64,000 nt of DNA, taken from positions 93,186,001 through 93,250,000 of the forward strand of contig NC_043004.1 of the NCBI RefSeq assembly GCF_006345805.1, written 5' to 3'. The DNA is from Octopus sinensis (Eukaryota). Both the position numbers and the translations under genes were made by a program. Of the stretch, positions 36,922 to 49,409 are shown piece by piece. Every line of letters begins with the position of its first letter. Within the stretch, counting starts at the first letter, position 1. The notes below the pieces were generated by a model. It saw only the letters and a program-made list of their open reading frames with translations. It was not told the origin of the DNA and did not search any database.

Positions 36922-37975
36922 CTCCTACCCTCCCACATTGGAAGGCGGGCTTTCAGGGTGAGGGTGGAAGAGATACCAGCAGAAGTGGATGTTGCCTGGT
37001 TAGCGGCGGCGATAGTGTTGGGTCTGGAGGAGAAGGTCACAATCCTCCAAACCGTGAGAAGGAACTGGCTGGAGCAAGGTCTGGAAATGGTCAACCAGGC
37101 TACCCCCAGAAGACCTAAATGCTATTACAGACACCATAGTGGAGGGTGATAGGAAACTGAGGATAATGGTGGAGGGCAGGAAGCCTAGGTGCTTCAAGTG
37201 TGGCCAGAAAGGCCACATTAGAGCTGAGTGCCCTCCTCCCTCTACAAAAGTTACAATGACTATACCGATGGAGACCACAATTCCACCCGTTGAAGCATCG
37301 AAGTCGGAAGGAATACACGAACCGCAGGAACAAGAGGAAATAACGGAGGAGTGGACAGTGGTTAACAGGAAGAAAAGCAGAAAGCGGCGGAAGAGAATGC
37401 ACACAGTGATGGGGATCCCCAACCCGCTCCCGTCCTACCCTCAACATGTCCTACCCCAACCTGCCCTTCCCTCGCAGACACCAGCCCTCGACATGCCCCC
37501 ACCAAATGCTGACCCTGCCCCACCAAAAACCAAGCAGCATGGTATATAGTAAAGAGAACAAGAACTTAGTGAAAAGGCTTAAAAGTATAGACAAACTGAT
37601 AAATATTGACATTTCTGAGGATTACCCACCTCATATGGAGGGGGTGCTCGTTGATAGTGAGCACATTCGAGAACTCAGAGAGGTGTTTGGGGAGGAAGAC
37701 CGGGATTTGGAGGAAGAAGTGGACACAGCTGGACTAAGAGATACGGAAAGGTTACATGATTTGTTTAAACGGTTCAAATGAGAACTGTCTCATCCAAAAT
37801 AGACTTTTAAAGAGTTCAATGAGGTCGCTCGGAGTGTGGGGTTCGAGTCGTTGTCATTCTCTCTTTCATTATTTTTTTTTCTTCTTTCCCCCCACTTTTG
37901 TGTTTTGTTCATCCTTGTGCTGCCCTCACCCCCGTGTGAGACCCTTGTAGTTAGCTAAAAAATAAATAAGTTACA
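36922..37975 (+). mobile_element. Tx1/L1-like ORF1 (gag-like CCHC)-only retroelement, 5'-truncated
   Basis: FRVRVEEIPAEVDVAWL..., KPRCFKCGQKGHIRAECP (CX2CX4HX4C), stop at 37781, ~180-bp 3' UTR with A-rich end; atcatc on both sides (36916-36921, 37976-37981). Confidence 0.75.
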
Positions 37976-39040
37976 ATCATCTGAAATGGAACTGTCACAG
38001 TACGATATTCGAGCAATTTTGTTATTCAACTTCAAAAGAGGACGTAAAGCAGTTGAAACTGCTCGCGATATCAACGAAATGTTTGGTGAGAAAATGACCA
38101 GTGAGTGGTCAGCTTGGAAATGGTTTAAGCGATTTCGCAGTGGAGCCTTGAAGATCGTGAGTGTAGTGAACGCCCATCTGTCATCGATGATAATCAATTA
38201 AAGACTGTCATTGAAAAAGATCCACGTAAAACCACTCGAGAACTGGCAAAAGAACTGCAGCCATTTGAATGCGATCGGAAAATCAAAAAAGCTCGTTAAA
38301 TGGGTACCACATGATTTGAATGAAAATCAGAAATGCGCAGATATGAAATTTGTTCGTCGCTTCTTCTCGTAACCAAACCGAACCATTTCTTCACAGTATT
38401 GTAACTTGCGATGAAAAGTGGATTCTGTACAATAATAAAAAACGTTCTTCGCAATGACTGGACCAAAATAAAGCACCGAAAACCTTTCCTAAGAGAAGGT
38501 TATGGTGACTATTTGGTAGTGTACTGCTGGACTAATCTACTATAACTTCTTAAAGCCCGGAAAAACCATTACTACAGAAACCTATTGCCACGAAATTGCC
38601 AAATTGAGCGAAAAACTGCTACTCCTCCGTCCCAGACTGGTCTACAGAAGAGGGCCAATCATTCTTCATGACATTGCTCGACTACACATTTCACTAATGG
38701 TGCTCCAGAAGTTGAGGGAACTTGGTTACGAAGATCTTCTCCACCCAGCTTATTCCCCAGACCTTTCTCTTACCGGCTATCACTGTTTCAAGCACATTGA
38801 TGGTTTCCTGCGGGAGAAGGAGTTCAAAAATCAAACCGATGCTGAAAGTGCGTTCAAAGTGTTCATCAGCTCCAGAACTCCAGATGTTTATATTACCAGA
38901 ATAAGCAAACTTGTAACTCGTTGGCAAAAATGAGTTGATCGTGATGGTGCTTACTTTGATGAATAAAATTTCCACATTGTTGAAATATATTGTAATGAAT
39001 TTAACGTTTCAAAACGTTGCTTGCTTTTTACTCAGCCTAA
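37976..39040 (+). mobile_element. Mariner transposon, inactive
   Basis: MELSQYDIRAILLFNFKRG..., WVPHDL, TCDEKW, HDIARLH, HPAYSPDLSLTGYH (third catalytic D changed to G); frameshifts and stops; 3' TIR ...ttactcagcctaa-TA. Confidence 0.93.
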
Positions 39041-39289
39041 TATATATACATATACGCACATACATATACTGATATAATTACACACCTTTTAGTCCTTATA
39101 CCTTTGCATGTACACACACATACGTACATATATATACACACCCATATATGTACATATATATACACATACACACATATACATATATATATACATACATATA
39201 CATACACACATACACACACATCCATCTGTACATATGCACACATACATAGATGCATATATACATCTACATCACCCACATATAACTACACA

Positions 39290-39490
39290 CACTCATATAT
39301 ATCTTCTGTCCGGCATTCACCATGATAGATCGCTAGCCACTACACATTCTTTATTTTCTCTCCTTGTTTCTTTCTGTGTTCCTTCTCGTGGAAGAGCGTA
39401 GGCTCGAAACGTTAAAGACTTTTTCACTTCCCGAGCGTTATACTAATACACCACCTGTCTTCGTCTTTTGTTGTTGTTTTTTTGTAAATT
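39290..39490 (+). mobile_element. Short PLE-derived element with degenerate hammerhead
   Basis: ctcgtgga-a-gagc-gtag-gctc-GAAACGTTA-aagac at 39384-39418; same architecture as 44755-44990. Confidence 0.55.
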
Positions 39491-39494
39491 CTCC

Positions 39495-39556
<62 letters not shown>

Positions 39557-39724
39557 ATGTATGTATGTATGTATGTATGTATGTATGTATGTATGTATGT
39601 ATGTATATGCATATATACATACGTATAGGTACATACATCAATGCGTATATATTGGTTGCTATTTTTTGCGTATCCAGTGATCATGGAGAGACTCTCTACT
39701 TGGCTCGACCTATTTTATTACGCC

Positions 39725-40016
39725 TGTGATATAGCTGTCGCCATAGTTTATATGCGCACAGCAAAGGGTGCTTCTAAGTGGTTGCTCAACCTTCAAAAAA
39801 TAGCAGCCAAATATCACTCAGATCACAGTCTTCAATCTTTGGAAAGAGAACACATTAAATAATATAGTCCTATATACGCTCTAAAAAGATGGCGGATGTC
39901 ATGACTTTGATTATAGGTCTGTTTGATTATAGGGATTGATCTTGGGACAAACACTTCAACAATGTAGTAACTACAGTAAGTTCCAGAATCTAAGGACATT
40001 GGTGGTGTCTGTGACA
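39725..40016. repeat. 292-bp TG...CA repeat, copy 2
   Basis: See 34586-34877. Confidence 0.85.
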
Positions 40017-40844
40017 GTAAAAATTAATCTATTAAAGTTTGTAAATAAAAGAAAATTGCCGTGACTTTTTAGCCAGCCTTTCATTGGCCTCAACATTTCT
40101 CTCTCTGAAGAATGACAAATATCCGAAACGCTGGACTTTGCAATCCGCGAGGCAAATCACCCCAATGTAATTTTATTTTAATCTCTGAACTTTAATGGAT
40201 TTAGTGATAATTCAATGTTTATTCTTTAACCTATCTGAATTAACAAATATAGCTTCACCCGTTAGAAATAGCAGCCAGCTCTCCCTCAATTCAGACTCTT
40301 TTGCCGTGAGAAAAAGCGTACGTAGGATAATGTTGTCCTGTGTTCCATGAATATTGGGTGAGGAGAGGGTGTATAAAGGGTCATCACTTGTGTCCCTCTC
40401 ATAAGTCTGCTTTATGGGGGCCGATTTGGAGTTAAAACAGGTATATATAGACTGGAGGGTTTTAAGCAGAACAGCATGCTCATGTTGCCACTATAAGTAA
40501 ACACTGTCTGTCAGAGTTGACACTGTGTTCCCAGCTGGGTGGAGACATTACATAGCAGGAACAATAGATGACTAACTATATTCTGCATGTTTGTTCGGTA
40601 CAGAGCAAACCCGGAACCTACATAACAATAGCAAAATCAAGAAGTGTACCGAAACATATTGGATAGTGAAGACAATATCATAATCTCATGCTCTAACATT
40701 GCACTACAGGCCATTAAGCAGTACTAGTTCCTATGTGGTCGTTCTACTACTAGAAATAGCAACATAATCTCCTCAATGGTTAATAATCTTAGATATACAA
40801 TATCTAAAAAGAAATATAGGACGGCCATGGACGGAAAGGCGGAG

Positions 40845-41020
40845 GCGCGTGGCTTTGTGATTAGGGCGTTGCAGTTATGATCGTAAGATTGTGGTTTCCA
40901 TTCCTGGACCGGGTAACGCATTGTGTTCTCGGACGAAATACTTCATTTCACGTTGTTCCACTCCATTCAGCTAGCAAAAATGAGAAATCCTGCGACGGAC
41001 CTGGCGTCCCGTTCAGAGGG
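40845..41020 (+). mobile_element. SINE family E
   Basis: tRNA-like head ggaggcgcgtggctttgtgattagggcgttg...; core cctgcgacggacctggcgtcccgttcagaggggg. Confidence 0.7.
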
Positions 41021-41443
41021 GGAATACACGAACCGCAGGAACAAGAGGAAATAACGGAGGAGTGGACAGTGGTTAACAGGAAGAAAAACAAAAAGCGGCG
41101 GAAGAGAACGCACACAGTGATGGGGATCCCCAACCCGCTCCCGTCCTACCCCCAACATGTCCTACCCCAACCTGCCCTACCCTCGCAGACACCAGTCCTC
41201 GACATGCCCCCACCAAATGCTGACCCTGCCCCACCAAAAACCAAGCAGCGTGTGGAGGGAAAAACCTTTGTGGTATATAGTAAAGAGAACAAGAACTTAG
41301 TGAAAAAGCTTAAAAGTATAAACAAACTGATAAAGATTGACATTTCTGAGGATTACCCACCTCATATGGAGGGGTTGCTCGTTGATAGTGAGCACATTCG
41401 AGAACTCAGAGAGGTGTTTGGGAAGGAAGACTGTGATTTGGAA
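41021..41443 (+). mobile_element. Internal fragment of the ORF1-only element
   Basis: Highly similar to 37310-37710; encodes EPQEQEEITEEWTVVNRKK...ELREVFGKED. Confidence 0.88.
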
Positions 41444-42099
41444 ACCGGGAAACCGGCCCTGTGAAATTATATGACTCACGGAGAAACTTTATTCTTTACA
41501 TGGCTTTGCTCATACATTTGCTTGATCAGTACTGACTTTGAGCTAAGCAACAACAATCAGTAGTAGATGGATTGAGCAGCAAGTTTCTCCGTTGAACGGA
41601 AGCTCAATGAATTGCTTTACTTGCCGTCGATTGCCCAACTACTTACTGCTTAACTTGAACTAACCTGAATTCTCTATAAAAGCAACAATAACAATAGCAA
41701 TCTAGTTCTTCCCAATTTTGTCAGTTATATAGCAAATTAGTTTCGACTCATTGCTTGCTCTCTAACAATGAGGCAAGTTAGGACATTGTATAGAACGTGT
41801 AGTGACTCGTTAAAGCTAACAAAGAATTCTACTGAAAGCATGAAATGTCAAGGACATGTCTCTTGTGTATGTGCACGACTGCCTACATGGTAAACAAAAC
41901 GAATTGTCGTTTTGTTTACCATGTAGGCAGTCATCGAAATTTTTGTTTGTCTTGTTGCCGAGAGAGGCTCCCTTTCTTTTCTGATGAGAAGATTGCATCA
42001 TACACCCTTTATTCCTTTGGAATGAAACCACGTGGTCTTCGAAACATATGTCGTGAGTAAAGGAATTTTGTTAACATCTTCGTTCGACTCCATTCTTTC

Positions 42100-42137
<38 letters not shown>

Positions 42138-42409
42138 AGAGAGAAGATATATATTCACAAATACACAGCATAGACAAATACATGTATATCAAATACCATA
42201 CAGTATAAATTCTTAAAATCATCTCTCCGCCTCTATAATTTGAAGAAGTCTTCATTCTTGCGATTAGTAGCCCTTCTAATATGGATCTAGTTTTAATTGG
42301 TATTTCCTATAGTGATACAACCTCTAGAAGTGGTGATAATTTTTAATGAATCAAGAATTATTGCATAGTATTTGATTTACCGGTATTCTTCTATGTTGTT
42401 CAATATATG

Positions 42410-42429
42410 TGCCTCTATTGTTATTATTA

Positions 42430-42510
<81 letters not shown>

Positions 42511-42754
42511 TAATAATATAATACATATATATATATATATTATATATAAGATATATATTATATATATATTATATATTATATATTATATATATATATAATA
42601 ATATTATATATATATATATATATAGATATATTATATATATATATATTATATATTATATAATATATATATATATTATATATGATATATATTATATATCTAT
42701 TTATATATATATATACATAGACATACATATATATGTATATATATAATATATATA

Positions 42755-42790
<36 letters not shown>
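42410..42790. repeat. Long imperfect (TA)n tract
   Basis: Directly visible. Confidence 0.95.
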
Positions 42791-42794
<4 letters not shown>

Positions 42795-43368
42795 GGAGGT
42801 GGAAACAGCAGAGAAGTAAATTTAAGACATTTTAATTTAGGAAGAAATTAATAAAATGAGTTTTTAAAAAATAATTTTCTGTAAATAAAAAATAGAAAAT
42901 ATTACCGGTTTCAATGATGATTTTCATCTTATCAAATATTAATTAAAAAATTGGAATTTGAAGTAAAAACAGTTTGCATTTATTTTCTGTTTGGTGGTTA
43001 GAACATGTCTGGGTTTTTTTTCTGTAAAGTCTTCTTTAAATATAGTTTGTTTGAAAAATATTTGGTATAGAGTTCAAGATGTTAGGGAGAAAGAGTGGGG
43101 GTGTAGTTTTTCTATTGTCTAAAAGAAACTTTGTGTGTTCCTGCCAAGGGACTGGCTTAAAAGCATTTATTGGATGGGTTTAATGTCCACTGTGTGTGTG
43201 TGTATTATGTTGAATGTCCTTTTAATGTGTTTGGAATGTTACCAGCTGTGTTTGTTGTGATAAATGTCTTGTTAAGAATTCTATTAAGGAATTAAGGTTT
43301 AAATGTCTCCAGCTGTGTATGTGTCTGTGCGGTTTTTTTTTGCGATGTTTTCTTTCGAGTGTCTCCAG

Positions 43369-43432
<64 letters not shown>

Positions 43433-43700
43433 ACATATGTATATATATTGGAAAAATATGACCTATGTAGTTCTGTTGGCTTCCATTGCATGTGATTACG
43501 CAGATTAGATTTTCTGTGTTGTAGGTGAGACTGGTTTTAACTTTGAAGGTTTGGCCGTCTTTGAATTGAAATTCTGGTCCCTCAATTAAGTAGCGGCAAA
43601 TGGTGGAGTTTCGGGCCTTGTGTCTATAGTAGAAAGAAAAACATTGAAATAGGAGAGACACTCCTCTCCGTATTGTAATTCATTTGAAAAAAACACTAGG
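42790..43700 (-). mobile_element. PLE 3' fragment (GIY-YIG remnant + pseudo-LTR with degenerate hammerhead)
   Basis: TFKVKTSLTYNTENLICVITCNGSQQNYIG; on the minus strand aatat-TTGATAA-gatga-aaa-tcatc-att-GAAAC-CG-GTA-atatt at ~42897-42940. Confidence 0.68.
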
Positions 43701-43840
43701 TTGAGATTAAACCTATTATTCAATTTTTAATTTCCAACTTCAGAGGCTTTGAATTTAATTCTTAAATTTAATTATTACACACATGTGAGTGAGAACACTT
43801 TGAGATATTTTTGGTATCTAACATATGTCAGATACTGCGA

Positions 43841-44183
43841 GCGCTGCTTCTGATTGGTCAATCCATGGTGATGACCCGAGGTCACGGTGACAGCGCTGCT
43901 TCTGATTGGTCAATTCATGGTGATAACCCGAGGTCACGGTGACGGCACTACTTTTGTCATTCATAAGTTACAACTAAACGTGAAGAATTTAGTTATTGGG
44001 TTAATAAAATATGGTCGTTTATTCGTGTGTAATAAATAAAATACCAAACTCATTCCCTATGGATAACGTATTTATTACAACTCGTGGCTTGTAAACGTAT
44101 CAAACTCGCTTTCGCTCGTTAGATACGTTTACAAGCCACTCGTTGTAATAAATACGGTATCCATAGGGAATGAGTTTGGTATT
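43841..44183. mobile_element. Non-autonomous element with 52-bp tandem pair and 144-bp near-perfect palindrome
   Basis: gcgctgcttctgattggtcaa.. at 43841 and 43893; arms 44040-44101 / 44122-44183. Confidence 0.7.
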
Positions 44184-44299
44184 CTCTCTATCTTAAATTT
44201 TCAAATCAATCCGCTACACATAAGAATACAGAAATAATGCACCTGCTTTAAATCCGCTCGTTTTAGGTTAACATGCAGTTTAGAGTTGTAAAAAAAAGT

Positions 44300-44640
44300 G
44301 AAAGTAAACTGAGTCGGAAATGACGATGGGAAAATCCCATAATTTCATAAGTAGATACATTGAAAGTATCACCTAAGAAAATGCCGTAAAGGAAATTAGG
44401 TGTTTGGCGCCGTAGAAAGGGGGTCATCAAAACACCGCCTGATTGAGATCCTCGGTCGTGTGTGCGAAGCACTTTAGCCCATCATAACAAAATGGATATT
44501 ATTATGGACGTATTTGATAGCTGATCGGTAGCCCTCCTACATTAGGTTAAGCCAGGTATATAGTTGTGAAATTGCGAACCATTCTTTAAATTTTGTTGAT
44601 CCAACAATGAGAGCATCTGCATACAGATTATTAAAGGACG
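44300..44640 (-). pseudogene. Possible APE-type endonuclease remnant of a CR1/L2-group LINE
   Basis: YTWLN...LRTHDRGSQSGGVL resembles TETWL...RxDR...GGGVL. Confidence 0.33.
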
Positions 44641-44754
44641 GTGGACACTCTTCAAGAAGGAACTCAGGTGACAATGCGGAACGAGTGATGCTTTATTTAC
44701 ATCCTGTCTGTATGAACATATGATGAAAGAGGTTCAGAGATCGTGAAAAAGCTA

Positions 44755-44990
44755 TCATATGTACGTTATATGCCTCGTTTTCATGCTGTGTGACATCGTG
44801 TGTACCGTTGGCGATTTTTTTCCTCTGTCTTCCCTTCTCTGGATCTTTCCTTCTCCTATGTTTCTGACGAAGAACTCCGCTCGAAACGTTAAACCTTCCT
44901 TCTTTCCTGAGCGTCCAATAATACTATATTTGTTCCACGTCCTCGCGTTGTTGTGTTTTTTTTGTGCTTTCTTGTTTGGATTAACTATAT
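44755..44990 (+). mobile_element. Short PLE-derived element with near-canonical minimal hammerhead
   Basis: gttt-CTGACGA-a-gaac-tcc-gctc-GAAAC-GTT-aaac at 44860-44894; palindromic AACGTT stem III; one mismatch in stem II. Confidence 0.65.
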
Positions 44991-44995
44991 ATATA

Positions 44996-45038
<43 letters not shown>

Positions 45039-45499
45039 ATATATATATATTATACATTGGGTTTTAACTCTGGAGTTTTCCAGTTAAGTTCATCCACCGG
45101 TACAGGCTATCAGACAGGGAGTAATTTGGAGATTTCTCTCGTTTTAACAAAACACGTCTGAAAATTATTTGCAAATGATTTTTATACATAATTCTGAAGA
45201 GTTGCACTCGGTACGTGTCTTTACAATGACACCTCATGAATTAATGGTCATATATATGGTTGCCTAATATCGTAATATTCATGAGATCGAATTCAGTTGA
45301 AACAATTATAATAAAAGGACTTCATCACTCCATTCTTCTTGTTTATAACTGTAAAACCCTGAGGATATCTGTGAATTTTCACACAAGTATTTGATAAAAT
45401 AGACAATCTTCAGATTACTATCTGTTTTATAGTTCATACACATGGATGGACTTAACAGGCTAAACTCAGGGGCTAAACCTGAATGATATATATGACCAA

Positions 45500-45790
45500 C
45501 AGTGGTCAGGGCAGCGGACTCGCGGTCGTAGGATTGCGGTTTCGATTCCCAGACCGGGCGTTGTGAGTGTTTATTGAGCGAAAACACCTAAAGATCCACG
45601 AGGTTCCGGCAGGGGGGTGGTGGCGGTCCCTGCTGTACTCTTTCGCTACAACTTTCTCTCACTCTTTCTTCTGTTGGCCTGCTCGCTTAGCCAATGGGGT
45701 GGCGTCATTTGAAGGCTAAAACAATGCGAAGAGCATTGTGACCAGCGATGTGTAGCAACATCTGATAGCCTGGTCGGTCTCGATAAGTCT
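45500..45790 (+). mobile_element. SINE family C, alternative tail
   Basis: Head as at 8812; tail ggctaaaacaatgcgaagagcattgtgaccagcg. Confidence 0.85.
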
Positions 45791-45923
45791 CTATATATAT
45801 ATATAAGTGCGTGTGTGGTGTGTGTGTGTGTGCGTGTGTGTGTGTGTGTGTGCGTGTGTGTGTGTGTGTGTGCGTGTGTGTGTGTGTATATATATACATA
45901 CATACATATATATATGCGCATAC

Positions 45924-45954
<31 letters not shown>

Positions 45955-46059
45955 TGTATGTGCATTCTTTAATTCTTTAAAATGTTTCAGCTTCAAAGCT
46001 GCGGTCATGCTGGGGCACCACTGTTGACTGAGCTACACCATTATTTGAAACCTCCTCTG

Positions 46060-46312
46060 ATATGTGGCGTTTGATCAATGAAGGAGTCTGATGCCGCTGT
46101 CCTCATCTGTGTTTCCTGCCTTGAGGTAAGACTCGTCTGGAACCCTTGACAGGAAGAGATCCAGTTTTGTTTTAAAGAAACTTATATCCACACCATGCAG
46201 GTCCGTCGGGTATTTAGGAAGGATATGGAAAAGCTGTGGGCCCTTGAAGCCCAAGCTGTTGCAATATCTGGTCCTGTATTTTGATGGCGATGTCGGGATC
46301 TTTGGCACTATG
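46060..46312 (-). mobile_element. CR1/L2-group LINE 3' end
   Basis: CIVPKIPTSPSKYRTRYCNSLGFKGPQLFHILPK...FFKTKLDLFLSRVPDE. Confidence 0.78.
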
Positions 46313-46439
46313 CAGTGTGCACGTGTACATACATGCACATGCACAGGTGCACATGCATATGGACGCGCACGCCTATGTGAATGCACACATATTCTCGCGT
46401 GGTTATGCACAAGGGGTGATGTACAAGGGATCAGAGTAT

Positions 46440-46960
46440 GCGGGTAGACAGGCATGGAGAAATGTTGGGGATTGGGGATTTGCGGTGCTGTTCATGGGGG
46501 TTAATTTGCGACGGTGGCCTTGCTGCAGGCGGTGCTAAGAATAGCTGGTACTAAGGAGGTATAACCGGGATGTCGGGTGACAGTGGCTAGAATTTTACCA
46601 GAAGGGTGTACCTCTAGTGACAGCAATGCGCTACCTCATATTTCTTGTTGATGGATACTGCAGGTGGCTGGTAGATGATATGCAGTTTTTCGCGGAGGCA
46701 CAGCTGGCAATTAGGGGCCCCGGATGATTATCGTGGCGCCCTTTCGATAATAGTTCAATTGATGCTGAGTGTTTTGTCTCGGACGTCACGAAGTCTCCAG
46801 AGAAAGTGCGACAGGGAAGTGAAGTTCTTTCTATCCCTGGATCTAAATGAATGCAAGTGCTGGGAATATCTTTCCTTTGAGATCATTTTCTGTATCAAAT
46901 GTATTCAATATTCTTTGTATATTGAATTGACTAACTTGCTTATCCTTACATTTATTCCTA
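46440..46960 (-). pseudogene. Decayed PLE RT fragment
   Basis: PGPLIASCASAKNCISSTSHLQYP resembles NPGRPIISSCGSPTENIS..DHHLQP; ILAT follows at the RT motif 3 position. Confidence 0.5.
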
Positions 46961-46975
46961 TACATCCATCCATAC

Positions 46976-47369
46976 ATTTGCCAACATAATGTGGCAGTCC
47001 CAGTTGGGACGAATGTTACTGTTATTTAGTCCCAGGAAATATCGTCTCCAGCTAGCTATACGACACACAATGTTTCCTTATATTTTCGAACAGGGGAGTT
47101 TAGCACCCCCACCCGGCACAGAACAATATCTGAAAACTATATATATTTTTATATATAAAATTATATATATTCTGTGCCGAGGAAAAGAAATAACTCAGAA
47201 ACCGTGGTTTATAGATATTGCTCTGTGCTGAATGGAAATGCTAAACTCGCCTGTTCGAAAATATAAGGACACAGATTGTATGTCGTATAGCAGCTGGAGA
47301 CGATGTTTCCTGGAACTAAATAACAGCAACATTCGCCCCAACAGGGACTACCACATGATGTAGGCAAAT
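46976..47369. mobile_element. 394-bp foldback element whose arms are homologous to the PLE pseudo-LTR tail
   Basis: Arms ~46976-47135 / ~47207-47369; tatagcagctggagacgatgtttcctggaactaaataacagcaacatt aligns with 3057-3110. Confidence 0.85.
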
Positions 47370-47423
47370 AATTTTTACTTTAAAGTACTGTTACTGAATG
47401 TCTCTCGTTGAGAAATTTAAAAA

Positions 47424-47513
<90 letters not shown>

Positions 47514-48033
47514 TAATGGTTTCATTGAGACCCAAAGGTGTCAGGTAATGCTGAATAAGTGCTATAGACAGACCATAGTTAAGTTCCAGATTCGGTAATA
47601 TTGCGAATAAAGGGTTCGACGTTGGTTCTATGTCACCGTGTGTATATAAGAATGTATTGCGTAATAAGATAAAGGCTGTATAGATATTAGAGCATTTATA
47701 GATAGAAGGTGTTACAGCTGTTTCTAGGATATTAATCAATAATATCCCTTCATCGGAGACGGTGTGAGAGGAAAAATAAAAATCATAGTTTCGATGTGAT
47801 ACAAAATAGAGAGTGAGGTGGAGGAAAGAAAATAGATGTAAGATATGTATGAGTATTGAATTTTTAAATCCGTTTTATAGGCATAATGGTGTATATGCAA
47901 TATTCCAATATCCTTTGAGTAAAATCCAATTGAGTTTAGTATGAGTCCTTCCAAATAAGGGTTTATAAGCAATGTAATATTCCCTTATGAGTGAGATCCA
48001 GCAGATTTTAAAACTTGGTCATTCCCAGTAGGG

Positions 48034-48103
<70 letters not shown>

Positions 48104-48235
48104 TGTGTGTGTGTGTGTGTAACCATATATATACATATATACATTACACACATACATATATATAGATCTACATGCATACATACATATATACATACACAAC
48201 ACACACACACACATACATACATATATATATATATA

Positions 48236-48266
<31 letters not shown>

Positions 48267-48584
48267 GGCGTGGCCAGGTTCTAAAGTTAAGGGGTGCGAA
48301 TACATAAAAAAGAAGCTCTGACACATACGAAACACATCTTTTGTAATACACAAAATATTTCATGAGTTATATATGATATACGTAACTGTATTCTGCATTC
48401 ATTACAGTACCGATATCGTTATTTATAGAACTTACACTACAGACATAGGTGTGACGTCAGGGTTTGTTTAGGTTCTTCAGATGTCAGTGGACACCAACGC
48501 ATCACAGGAGATTGAGCAGACAGTTTAAAAATGCGGAAAGTTGGGCAAATAAAGTAATAACTCCAGAAAGTACATTATATAATA

Positions 48585-48982
48585 CTAGCAGTATCGCCCG
48601 GCGTTGCTCGGGTTTGTGAGGGAAATAACTATATAAGCATTTTTAGAGATGTAAAGTATAATAGCCATCTCAATATGGCTAACCACAAAGGGGGGGGTGT
48701 TACTGTAGCTTTTTACGTTCTGAGATTTAATAATACATTTTTAGAGAGTTACTTCCCTTATATATGCCAAAAATGCATTAAAAATGGGAAAAAATGATGG
48801 TAAATTTTTTTTTTTAATCGTAGACTCATCGTAGACGCGCGCCAATACCCAGAAGGGCTCGATATGAATCACGACTATAAGATACCCGCTTTTGGTTAAA
48901 CTACACCGCAATATGTAGGAGTAGTCAGGAATCTAAATCGTAGGAGACAGACACCACACAACCTCACTTTTATATATATAGA
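48585..48982 (-). mobile_element. Non-autonomous Helitron
   Basis: 5' TC at 48982-48981, 3' hairpin + CTAG, inserted between A and T; same family as 20675-20979. Confidence 0.88.
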
Positions 48983-49409
48983 TATACATTCCCCATTTGT
49001 GTCCATCACCAGAATAACTTGAGGCTTTTGGAAGGAAAGCTTTATATTACTCAGAATACTTAAAGCAAGGACTACACAAAATGTCTGAAAACAAGCATGT
49101 ATGTTTAGGACAAACTTATGAAAATGCTTTGGACAGACAAAAAGTTAAACCCTAGAGGTTTTTATATAAAAGAAATTTTTTTTAAAAAAAGCATCGTGTT
49201 GAGAACAAACACGTCAGGAATTAAGTTTATGACGATGGATTTGAAGTTCGGTTGGAAATTGTGATAAAGAGAAATGAATGCATGCATGGGCCTGTTTTTA
49301 AGTTACCAAAATAGTGTGTCGCATTAAATATTAAGAGAATTGACCTAATGTTAATAATAGCATGTGGGTCAGATATTTAAAAATCAATAATATTTCTGTA
49401 TATTATATC

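Noticed and set aside
41981-42000. CTGATGA upstream of the 42.02-kb remnant
   Set aside because: Too far from stem II/GAAA and no stem I pairing.
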